Below, piece after piece: positions 19,518-28,446 of a stretch of DNA of 64,000 nt. This stretch comes from Spirochaetota bacterium (GTDB lineage: Bacteria > Spirochaetota > UBA4802 > UBA5550), in NCBI GenBank assembly GCA_963664815.2, contig CAXXHB010000003.1:1504001-1568000 (forward strand). The letters run 5' to 3'. The translations under genes were made by a program, and so were the position numbers. How positions within the stretch are numbered: position 1 is the first letter of the stretch; each line of letters opens with the position of its first letter. The notes under the pieces were generated by a model. The model was not told where the DNA came from, searched no databases, and saw nothing but the letters and a program-made list of their open reading frames with translations.

Positions 19518-21041
19518 TTGAAAACTGTATTGCAGAAAAGTGAACAGGGAATACTTTTATTCTCTGTTTTTATTTTATCACTGTGCGGGATTATTTATGA
19601 ACTTGTACTCGGTTCGCTGGCATCCTATCTTCTCGGTAATCCGGTACAGCAGTATTCCATAACAATCGGTGTATTTTTAAGCTCAATGGGGCTTGGTTCA
19701 TTTATATCCCGGTATATCATAAAGGACCTTGTTAAAGCTTTTGTGAGGATAGAAATTGTACTTGGCCTTGTCGGCGGTGTGTCTGTTGTTTTTCTGAATT
19801 ACATGTTTTCTTTTTCAGCATCATTTTACCTGCTGCATGTATTTTTCCTTGTAGTTATAGGCACACTTGTAGGTCTTGAGATTCCGCTTCTTACAAGAAT
19901 AATGAAAAGTTATGGTACACTCAAAGATATAATATCAAATGTTCTGACTCTTGATTATATAGGGGGCCTGGGGGGATCTCTTCTTTTCCCGCTTATACTC
20001 TTCCCGTATCTGGGAAGATTTCTGACATCGATCATTATCGGTATAATGAATATTTCTGTTGCTGCAGTTGTCATAATAAAAATTGTTGATTACTCAAAAA
20101 AGAAAATTGATCTTGCTTATGCAGTACTATCTTTGCTGATACTTCTTTTTCTTGCTGTAAATTCGGTATGGGTAACATCAATTCTTAATAAGAAGATGTT
20201 TTATGACGATATAGTTTTTTCGAAAAGATCAAGGTTTCAGGAAATTGTGCTGACAAGAAACGGCGATGACTTCAGGCTTTACCTCGACGGTTCACTGCAG
20301 TTCTCAACAACTGATGAATACAGATACCATGAAATGCTCGTTTATCCCCCGGTGATGATCTGCGGAAACAGAAACATTTCAGTTCTTGTCCTGGGTGGAG
20401 GTGATGGACTTGCAGTGCGTGAACTTCTGAAATTTAAAAATGTCATTCATATAACTCTTATTGAACTGGATGAATACATGGTTAATCTTGCGAAGAATAA
20501 CTCGACATTGAAATATATAAATCATAATTCACTGGCTGATGAACGTGTATATGTGGTTACGGGGGATGCCTACGATTATCTTATAAAGAACAGTCTTAAA
20601 TATGATTTAATCATTGCTGATTTTCCTGATCCGCATGATGAAACGGTTTCAAAGCTTTATACAGACAGTTTTTATAAAATTGTAAAAAAATCACTGAAGA
20701 GTGATGGTGTTTTTGTGACACAGTCCACATCGCCGCTTTTTGCCAGGGAGGCCTTCTGGTGCATAAACAATACACTGAGTGAGGTCTTTAAAACTGTAAT
20801 ACCGTACCATGTTTTTATTCCGACTTTCGGTGACTGGGGATTTAATATCGGAACAGACAGAACATTGAATTCTGAGGAACCTGGAGAAGCCGGGAATTCA
20901 AAATTCTATACAAGTGAGACATTCAAAGCCTCCATGCATTTTCCGCCGGACTCCGATAAAGTCACAACAGAGGTAAACAGATTTAATAAGCCTTTGTTAT
21001 ACCTGTATTACCTTAAGGGATGGAAAAATTCTGATTACTGA
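19518..21041 (+). CDS. Membrane-anchored polyamine aminopropyltransferase (spermidine synthase-like)
   Basis: About 7 N-terminal TMs (CGIIYEL, GLEIPLL); LYLDGSLQF, DEYRYHE, LGGGDG, DFPDP, PTFGDWGF. Confidence 0.92.
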   Translation: MKTVLQKSEQGILLFSVFILSLCGIIYELVLGSLASYLLGNPVQQYSITIGVFLSSMGLGSFISRYIIKDLVKAFVRIEIVLGLVGGVSVVFLNYMFSFSASFYLLHVFFLVVIGTLVGLEIPLLTRIMKSYGTLKDIISNVLTLDYIGGLGGSLLFPLILFPYLGRFLTSIIIGIMNISVAAVVIIKIVDYSKKKIDLAYAVLSLLILLFLAVNSVWVTSILNKKMFYDDIVFSKRSRFQEIVLTRNGDDFRLYLDGSLQFSTTDEYRYHEMLVYPPVMICGNRNISVLVLGGGDGLAVRELLKFKNVIHITLIELDEYMVNLAKNNSTLKYINHNSLADERVYVVTGDAYDYLIKNSLKYDLIIADFPDPHDETVSKLYTDSFYKIVKKSLKSDGVFVTQSTSPLFAREAFWCINNTLSEVFKTVIPYHVFIPTFGDWGFNIGTDRTLNSEEPGEAGNSKFYTSETFKASMHFPPDSDKVTTEVNRFNKPLLYLYYLKGWKNSDY

Positions 21042-21050
21042 GAAAATAAA

Positions 21051-21078
21051 AAAGCAGGCTGTTTAAACAGACTGCTTT
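21051..21078. terminator. Probable bidirectional terminator between convergent genes
   Basis: AAAGCAG-G-CTGTTTAAACAG-A-CTGCTTT with an upstream A-run. Confidence 0.65.
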
Positions 21079-21102
21079 AAGGTTAAAGTATTAAAATAAC
21101 AG

Positions 21103-21291
21103 TTAAACTGCTTTAACAACACTACCTGTTCTTATGCATCTTGTACATACATTTTTTCTGACAGTTCTGCTGTTGACGAGCACTCTGATTTTTTTTACGT
21201 TTGGTCTCCACATCTTATTTGTCTTTTTATGTGAATGGCTCACGTTACAACCGAATTGAACAGATTTTCCACATATTTCACATTTTGCCAT
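21103..21291 (-). CDS. rpmB: 50S ribosomal protein L28 (Zn-binding C+ form)
   Basis: MAKCEICGK..GCNVSHSHKKTNKMWRPN..VCTRCIR. Confidence 0.97.
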   Translation of the reverse strand: MAKCEICGKSVQFGCNVSHSHKKTNKMWRPNVKKIRVLVNSRTVRKNVCTRCIRTGSVVKAV

Positions 21292-21552
21292 TTGCCTAAT
21301 CCTTGGATACGAATAATTTGTAGTCAACATAAAACCTGTGATATTATTTTCAAGTAAATTATGTATGTTTTGAGGAAAATTGTTGAATTAATTGTATCCG
21401 TTATTTAACCAGGATATTTATATATTGTTATTTAACCATACAGTTCAATCTGCAGTATCATAAATGTTATTGAGTGTCCCCTGGCTCTATCAATAGTTGC
21501 TTATGCAGAACGTGTATAATTGATTGTAAAAAAAGTTATCTGGAAGGATAAA

Positions 21553-21747
21553 ATGGAGATAAAACCAAGTACTAATGCTGCTGAAGCATTGAAGATGTCT
21601 AAAAATGTTGCTGAAGTTTTCAGAAGTTATAATCTGGATTGTCTTGCCTGTAAGGGGGTTGTCGAAGAGACAGTGGATAAAATTGCTTTTAACAACGGAA
21701 TCTCCCTTGATGTATTTTTAGAAGATCTTAACAATGCGCTGAAATAA
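21553..21747 (+). CDS. DUF1858 family small protein
   Basis: VAEVFRSYNLDCLAC..ETV..NGISLDVFLEDLN; AAGGA RBS. Confidence 0.75.
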   Translation: MEIKPSTNAAEALKMSKNVAEVFRSYNLDCLACKGVVEETVDKIAFNNGISLDVFLEDLNNALK

Positions 21748-21760
21748 TTATGGCGGACTT

Positions 21761-22345
21761 GTGAAGGGTACCGTAAGAATCATCTCAGGCCTGATGAAAG
21801 GAAGAGTAATCCCGTTTAATGTAAGTAAATTTAATGATGCTGAAATTACACCGCAGAAAGTAAAGGGGGCGCTTTTCTCCATTCTTGGAGAGTATCTTCA
21901 GGGAAAAACGTTTATCGATCTTTATTCCGGTTCAGGGCAGATAGGGATAGAGGCTCTCAGCCGTGAATGTTCTATTGTTGTTTTTAATGAAAAAGAGCGA
22001 TCGCGTTATGAATTTATCAGGAAATTCATAACGCAAAGTGATTACAGCGAAAGGGCAATTGTTCTGAACCTTAGCGCTATGTCAGCACTTGCTAATCTTC
22101 TTGAAAAGGACATAAAAGCCGACATAGTTTTTCTTGATCCTCCGTATAAAAAGGAAACAGGAGCTTCCGGTTTTTATGACAGCATACTCACAGATATTGT
22201 CGGTTCAGGAATTCTTAAAGAAGAATCCGAAGTAATCGTTCAGCATTATTCGGATAATGTACTCCCGGAATTCTGCAGTAATTTAAAAAAAAATGATGTT
22301 AAAAAATACGGATCAACATCATTATCGATATACCATTATTGTTAA
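21761..22345 (+). CDS. rsmD: 16S rRNA m2G966 methyltransferase
   Basis: VRIISG..KGR, DLYSGSGQIGIEALSR, FLDPPY, KKYG. Confidence 0.9.
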   Translation: MKGTVRIISGLMKGRVIPFNVSKFNDAEITPQKVKGALFSILGEYLQGKTFIDLYSGSGQIGIEALSRECSIVVFNEKERSRYEFIRKFITQSDYSERAIVLNLSAMSALANLLEKDIKADIVFLDPPYKKETGASGFYDSILTDIVGSGILKEESEVIVQHYSDNVLPEFCSNLKKNDVKKYGSTSLSIYHYC

Positions 22346-22446
22346 TGTTTATATAGACAATAATAATATTTAAGCTTTTTAAAGGGCCTTTTCACAGATA
22401 ATCGGGTTAAGTGATGATATCTCTTTCAAATTAAGTATTGATATTT

Positions 22447-23220
22447 TCATTTAACAAGCGAAATCTTCATATCCTGCATGGTTGAAATGGCACGAAGGTA
22501 ATCTGAAGGAGCCTCTGTTGAAAGATTGTGATAGGCAAGTGCGATATACCTGTTGTAGTGAATATCTCGTGGTCTGGTTGAATCAACAAGAATCCATTTC
22601 CCTTTATAATATGCTTCCACCCACATGTGGTATACAAAAACATTCTCCTTTCCGGAAAAACTTTCAGCAAGAATTATTCCGACTACTGCTCTTGAAGGTA
22701 TTTGTAATTCCCTTAAAATGGATACTGTCAATATGCTGTGCTCGGTACAATCACCGGTTTTACCGGTGAGTATCGATGATGCCGGTAACAGAGGTATGCC
22801 GATTTTTTTATTTGAAATGTGATTATATACGAAGAGTGAAACATCACTGACCGGATTAAGGGAGTTTTTAAATTTTTCTGCTGTTTTTTTAATACTCTCT
22901 TTATCCAGATTAAGATATGGTGTATTTTTAAGGTATATATTTAAATCTTTGTTATCTTTAAGATGAGACTCTCCTGATGATACAAGGATTGTGCTTTTTT
23001 CACTGTACCGGTTCACTGACAATATCTGCTGGTTAGCGGTTGAGTAAAGAGTAAAATCCTCATCGCTGCTTTCTACTTTATAGATAGTTCTGATGCCGGA
23101 ATAAACCGAATTATTTATACCGGAAGGAATAATCATAAAGGATGACGGGGGGATTGATACAGCATTACCCCATATGAAAAAGACTAAAAGAATACAACAG
23201 GCAGCATGGCGTAATTTCAT
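22447..23220 (-). CDS. Exported transglutaminase-like domain protein
   Basis: GDCTEHS, YHMWVE, W..VDST triad; signal peptide. Confidence 0.85.
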   Translation of the reverse strand: MKLRHAACCILLVFFIWGNAVSIPPSSFMIIPSGINNSVYSGIRTIYKVESSDEDFTLYSTANQQILSVNRYSEKSTILVSSGESHLKDNKDLNIYLKNTPYLNLDKESIKKTAEKFKNSLNPVSDVSLFVYNHISNKKIGIPLLPASSILTGKTGDCTEHSILTVSILRELQIPSRAVVGIILAESFSGKENVFVYHMWVEAYYKGKWILVDSTRPRDIHYNRYIALAYHNLSTEAPSDYLRAISTMQDMKISLVK

Positions 23221-23919
23221 TTATTTATCTACTCTGACCATTTCAAAAACGTTGTTAAGCATCTTTAAAATAATTATTTCTGTAACGCCCTCCTTGTTTA
23301 AATACATGTCAATGCTTTTAAGCTTCTCAATTCTCTGTTTAACATGAAGAAGCTTCATCGTTTTATCGCCGACCTGTATATTCTCCGTGCCCTGAGCTTC
23401 AACAAGAACAAGAATTGGTGTATCGATCTCAACTGAGGGTTCATATATATTTGATTTGATAATAACTCCTTTTTTAAATTTATTTTTTATAAGTTCGCTG
23501 AAAAAATAATTTCCATCAAGGACAAAAGTTCCTTTGATTTTAAACCTGGATTGGTAATCTCCTGTTGAGAGTGTAACTTCATTTCCATTAAACAGTGCTG
23601 TTTTATTTATCTCTTCGGTTGTACCGCCGGATTTATCATTAACGGTATTGAATACTTCGAGCTTAACAGGTTTAAAATCTTTTGTTTCAGTAACAATCTG
23701 AACAGATTTATTTTCTATTGTCCCTATAGTAAGGGACATTTCACTTTTCAGTATATAATTGTTACCTGAACTTGTATTGGAGAATACAGCTTTACCAGCC
23801 CTGACTCCGTTCACAAGAAGATCGTAGTTCCATGTACCTTCGGGAATTTGCGTTGGATTTGATGAACATGATACTGATATGGTTATTATTAAGATGGATA
23901 AAAAAGTCCTGATTTTCAT
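23221..23919 (-). CDS. Lipoprotein of unknown function (beta-rich)
   Basis: Lipobox ISVSC; abuts the transglutaminase gene. Confidence 0.7.
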   Translation of the reverse strand: MKIRTFLSILIITISVSCSSNPTQIPEGTWNYDLLVNGVRAGKAVFSNTSSGNNYILKSEMSLTIGTIENKSVQIVTETKDFKPVKLEVFNTVNDKSGGTTEEINKTALFNGNEVTLSTGDYQSRFKIKGTFVLDGNYFFSELIKNKFKKGVIIKSNIYEPSVEIDTPILVLVEAQGTENIQVGDKTMKLLHVKQRIEKLKSIDMYLNKEGVTEIIILKMLNNVFEMVRVDK

Positions 23920-23946
23920 TTTAACTTACCTTCCTGTTTTAAATTT

Positions 23947-24897
23947 TTACCTGAAGTGATCATAACCAGCGGGTTCAATTGTTATTTGCGAATCGCCTTT
24001 TATCAGAATATACCCGCTTGCGGTTACATTTCCTATGTATCTGATATGTTCATTATCTTTAATATCTTTTTTTGCAGTAAATATCAGCTCATACTCTTCA
24101 CCACTATAGAGAGTATAATCTGAAGCAGCAATTTTTTTTTCAGCGCAGAAACCTTCAAGTTCATCATCAGCAGGAACATTATCGATGTAAATTTCAAATC
24201 CGCAATGGCTCATTTCACATATATGTCCAAGGTCAATGAGTAATCCATCAGATATATCGATCATTGCAGTGGGATGATATTCATTTACAATGGGACTTAT
24301 CAGATCTATCCGGGGGTCCGGTCTTAAATGCTTTTCAACAGATTTCGGAAAATTGTCTCTGCATGCATTTTTATTCAGTATCTCAAGCCCCAGCTTTGAT
24401 AAACCTGTGTTTCCGGTGACATAAATTCTGTCCCCGGCTTCCGCACCTTTCCTGTATACAGGCCGGCAGGTTTCTCCATATATTGAAATGTTTACAACGA
24501 GTTTGTCGGATTTTGATGTATCACCTCCCGCAATGAAAGTCCCGTGCTTTAATGCACATGTGAGAATTCCATCATAGAGTTCATCAATCATCTGTTCTGT
24601 ATATTGCGGCGGAATGCCGATCGATACAAGTGCAAGCACCGGTTTTCCACCCATGGCATAAATATCGGAAACATTTGCTGCCATGGATCTGTAGCCGGCA
24701 TCAGAAAGAGATGTGTAGTCTAAATTAAAGTGCACATTCTCGACACTGATATCTGTTGAAAAAAGTCCATACCTGTCGTCTGAGATTCTGTAAACAGCAC
24801 AGTCATCACCGATTCCGAAAATATTTTCGGAGCCATTCTGCAGCAGGTTTACTTTTTTTCTGATAGATTCTATCAGTTTAAATTCACTTGTTATCAT
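23947..24897 (-). CDS. thiL: Thiamine-monophosphate kinase
   Basis: GIGDDCAV, NVSDIYAMGG, GGDT, AMIDISDGL, GEEYEL, GYDHF. Confidence 0.95.
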   Translation of the reverse strand: MITSEFKLIESIRKKVNLLQNGSENIFGIGDDCAVYRISDDRYGLFSTDISVENVHFNLDYTSLSDAGYRSMAANVSDIYAMGGKPVLALVSIGIPPQYTEQMIDELYDGILTCALKHGTFIAGGDTSKSDKLVVNISIYGETCRPVYRKGAEAGDRIYVTGNTGLSKLGLEILNKNACRDNFPKSVEKHLRPDPRIDLISPIVNEYHPTAMIDISDGLLIDLGHICEMSHCGFEIYIDNVPADDELEGFCAEKKIAASDYTLYSGEEYELIFTAKKDIKDNEHIRYIGNVTASGYILIKGDSQITIEPAGYDHFR

Positions 24898-24901
24898 TAT
24901 T

Positions 24902-26329
24902 TCAACAGTATTTTTGTTTGCAGTAATCAATCCTTTTTTTCAGATTGTTGTAGCCTATAACCGGTATGGCAATGTCAAGATCGGGACCGCTGAGAGTGCC
25001 TGTTATCATCGCACGTATCGGGTGAAACAGCTTTTTACCTTTATGCTCTGTATTCTCTTTTATTCCGGGTATAAGCCCTGTGAGAACTGTTTCATCATTT
25101 AAAACGGGAATAATTCCAGAGGCTGTATTTATTATATCCCTGGAATAATCCTCTTTAAGAAGTTTATCAGCTTCTTCATCCGGAATGTTTATTTCATTTA
25201 AAAAAATCCCCGCAGGCTTTATGATATCAGAAAGTATTTCGCAGCTGTTCCGAGTAATTGAAATTATATTTTCGAGCTTTTCCCTGCTGAGCGATTTTAT
25301 TTCAAGGCCGGCCTTATCAAGGTAGGGAATGAACATATCAGTAATTTCTGACAGGGAGTATTTTTTTATATAACTTCCATTCATCCATTTAAGTTTCTGG
25401 AAATCGAATACAGCTGCGCTCTTACCTATACTGGATATATCGAACAATGATACAAGCTGATCGAATTCAAGAATCTCTTCTCCTGATTCGGTGGACCATC
25501 CGAGAAGCCCAAGGTAATTCATTAATGCTTCGGGAAGGTATCCCTCCTGTCTGTATAAATCTACTGATGTGATTCCGTGCCTTTTGCTCAGTTTCTTTTT
25601 ATCTGAACCGAGAATAAGCGGGAGATGGGCATATTCAGGAAATGGTAATCCCAGCGCTTTTGCAATCAGAATCTGCTTCGGTGTGTTTGAGAGGTGATCT
25701 TCACCACGTATGACATGAGTTATCTCCATCAGGGCATCATCAATACTCACTATATAGTTATAAACCGGACCGCCATCAGACCTGACAATTATAAAATCTC
25801 CGCCGATATTACTGCTGTTGAATACAACATGACCCTTTATTTTATCATCAAATTCTATTGTTTCATCTACCGGAACCTTGAATTTAACAGGATATTCTCC
25901 ATGAAATGAAAGTTCCTCCTGTTCAGTAAGAGTCAGATTTCTGCATCTGTCAAGAAACGGTCTGTTTTCAGTCATTGCCTGTTTTTTGTCTTCCTCAACC
26001 TGTTCGTTGGAGCAGAAACATGTAAAAGCATGTCCGGTTAATAAAAGTCTTTTTGTATATTCACGGTATATTTCATCTCTTTCTGACTGTCTGTATGGTC
26101 CATGACCCTTATCCTTGTCAGGACCTTCGTTCCATTCAATACCAAGCCACCTGAGATCATCAAGTATTGAAATTTCTGATTCAACGGTGCTTCTTTCTTT
26201 ATCTGTATCTTCAACTCTTATTATAAAATCAGCGCCTGATTTTTTTGCGGTAATATGGTTAACAACGGCAGTTCTGGCATTTCCTATATGAAGGTAACCT
26301 GTCGGGCTGGGGGCAAATCTGACTCTCAT
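24902..26329 (-). CDS. gltX: Glutamyl-tRNA synthetase
   Basis: RFAPSPTGYLHIGN, ITHVIRGEDH, KLSKR. Confidence 0.97.
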   Translation of the reverse strand: MRVRFAPSPTGYLHIGNARTAVVNHITAKKSGADFIIRVEDTDKERSTVESEISILDDLRWLGIEWNEGPDKDKGHGPYRQSERDEIYREYTKRLLLTGHAFTCFCSNEQVEEDKKQAMTENRPFLDRCRNLTLTEQEELSFHGEYPVKFKVPVDETIEFDDKIKGHVVFNSSNIGGDFIIVRSDGGPVYNYIVSIDDALMEITHVIRGEDHLSNTPKQILIAKALGLPFPEYAHLPLILGSDKKKLSKRHGITSVDLYRQEGYLPEALMNYLGLLGWSTESGEEILEFDQLVSLFDISSIGKSAAVFDFQKLKWMNGSYIKKYSLSEITDMFIPYLDKAGLEIKSLSREKLENIISITRNSCEILSDIIKPAGIFLNEINIPDEEADKLLKEDYSRDIINTASGIIPVLNDETVLTGLIPGIKENTEHKGKKLFHPIRAMITGTLSGPDLDIAIPVIGYNNLKKRIDYCKQKYC

Positions 26330-26622
26330 CGTATACTCCTGTAAAATTTACTGAGGATATTTGAAAGCTGATATAATATTTGTAAATGAAAAAACGGCCA
26401 TATAAAAAATGTGTTAAATCATTTTTATATGGCAGAAAATATCAAATTTCATTATTTTAAGAAATGTTTTTTATTTTTATTAATATATTGCAGGTACTGT
26501 TGATAATTATAATTAATCTGTTATAATTTACTTGATTATTGCACCAGATAATAAAATTTGTCATAGAGAAAATTTTATAAATATATTGATACTTAATAAT
26601 TCTATCCGGAACAGGTAATGTT

Positions 26623-28326
26623 ATGAGTGAAAATAGTATTATTGATAATGAAACAGGTAAATCCAATTTTATTAAGGAAATAATAAAGGAAGATCTGAAT
26701 AATAATAAAAATGACAGTCGGGTGGCTACAAGATTTCCGCCGGAACCTAATGGGTACCTCCACATAGGTCACGCTAAATCTATATGCCTTAATTTCGGTC
26801 TTGCCCGTGAATTCAAAGGAACATGCAATCTCAGGTTTGACGATACCAACCCTTCAAAAGAGGAAACTGAATATGTAGATTCAATTCAGAATGATGTAAA
26901 ATGGCTAGGTTTTGACTGGGATGACCGGCTTTACTATGCTTCAGATTATTATGAAAGACTGTATGAATTTGCAGTTGTACTTATAAGAAAAGGAAAAGCA
27001 TTTGTCTGCGATCTTACTGCGGATCAGATGAGGGAATACCGTGGAACCCTGACGCGTCCCGGACAGGAGAGCCCTTTCCGTAACAGAAGTGTGGAAGAGA
27101 ATATTGATCTTTTCCGGAAAATGAGAAACGGGGAATTTAAAGATGGAGAAAAAACTCTTCGTGGAAAGATAGATATGTCTTCCGGTTATATAGTAATGAG
27201 AGATCCTGTGCTTTACAGGATTCAGCGCTCTACTCATCACAGAACGGGGGATGCGTGGTGCATATACCCGATGTACGATTTCGCTCATCCTCTCTCGGAT
27301 TCAATTGAGGGAATTACTCATTCAGTCTGTACACTGGAGTTTGAAAACAACAGGCCGCTTTATGACTGGGTTGTTAACGAATGTGAAGCAGTGCATAAAC
27401 CACGGCAGATAGAGTTTGCCCGTCTTAATCTTTCATTTACTGTAATGAGTAAAAGAAAACTCCTGGAGCTTGTTACAAAAAATTATGTTTCAGGATGGGA
27501 CGATCCGAGGATGCCTACAATTGCCGGTATAAGGCGAAGGGGATACACTCCTGAATCTATAAGGGATTTTGCCGACAGGATAGGGGTTGCCAAGGCCGAT
27601 AACATGGTTGATATTGCCATGCTTGAACATTGTCTGCGGGAAGATATGAACAGACGGGCGCAGAGAGTAATGGCTGTAATCGATCCGGTAAAAGTTATTA
27701 TTGATAACTATCCTGAAGATAAGACTGAGCATGTTGAGGCTGTAAATAATCCGGAAGATGAAAGCATGGGGAAGAGGGAGATGCCTTTTTCCAGAGAGTT
27801 ATGGATAGAGAGAAGCGATTTCATGGAAATTCCGGTAAAGGGATACTTCAGGCTTGCACCGGGAACAGAGGTGCGATTTAAACATGCTTATTATATAAAA
27901 TGTGTGTCAGTGGAAAAGGATGATTCCGGGGAAATCAAAGTGATACATTGCACATATGATCCGGATACACGGGGCGGATGGTCTCAGGATGGAAGAAAAA
28001 TCAGGGGCACAATTCATTGGGTATCTGCCGCGCATGCTGTGGAAGCCGAGGCGAGGCTTTATGAACACCTGTTTATCAAAGAGAATCCGGATGATCTGGA
28101 AGATGGTGCCGACTATAAAATAAATCTTAATCCGGATTCTTTAAAGGTTATTAAAAAAATATATGTAGAGGCTTTTGTTGAAAAATGTTCACCGGGGGAT
28201 AAATTCCAGTTTGACAGAACTGGTTATTTTTGTATCGACCCCGATACGACAAAAGGGAATATTGTTTTCAACAGAACAGTTCCGTTAAAGGATTCATGGG
28301 GTAAAATAGCGGGGAAGAACGCATAA
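26623..28326 (+). CDS. glnS: Glutaminyl-tRNA synthetase
   Basis: [42 protein letters not shown]. Confidence 0.97.
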   Translation: MSENSIIDNETGKSNFIKEIIKEDLNNNKNDSRVATRFPPEPNGYLHIGHAKSICLNFGLAREFKGTCNLRFDDTNPSKEETEYVDSIQNDVKWLGFDWDDRLYYASDYYERLYEFAVVLIRKGKAFVCDLTADQMREYRGTLTRPGQESPFRNRSVEENIDLFRKMRNGEFKDGEKTLRGKIDMSSGYIVMRDPVLYRIQRSTHHRTGDAWCIYPMYDFAHPLSDSIEGITHSVCTLEFENNRPLYDWVVNECEAVHKPRQIEFARLNLSFTVMSKRKLLELVTKNYVSGWDDPRMPTIAGIRRRGYTPESIRDFADRIGVAKADNMVDIAMLEHCLREDMNRRAQRVMAVIDPVKVIIDNYPEDKTEHVEAVNNPEDESMGKREMPFSRELWIERSDFMEIPVKGYFRLAPGTEVRFKHAYYIKCVSVEKDDSGEIKVIHCTYDPDTRGGWSQDGRKIRGTIHWVSAAHAVEAEARLYEHLFIKENPDDLEDGADYKINLNPDSLKVIKKIYVEAFVEKCSPGDKFQFDRTGYFCIDPDTTKGNIVFNRTVPLKDSWGKIAGKNA

Positions 28327-28351
28327 TTATTATATAATGAACGTTTTTATC

Positions 28352-28408
28352 AGCATTTTTAATCATTCCGAAACCTGTTTCTGGTAATCCGGAATGACTG
28401 GTTATGCT
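28352..28408. terminator. Imperfect hairpin between convergent glnS and kinase genes
   Basis: AGCAT..TCATTCCG / CGGAATGA..ATGCT. Confidence 0.45.
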
Positions 28409-28446
28409 AAATACGTTTTTTATAAAAGACAAATAACTTTATCTTT

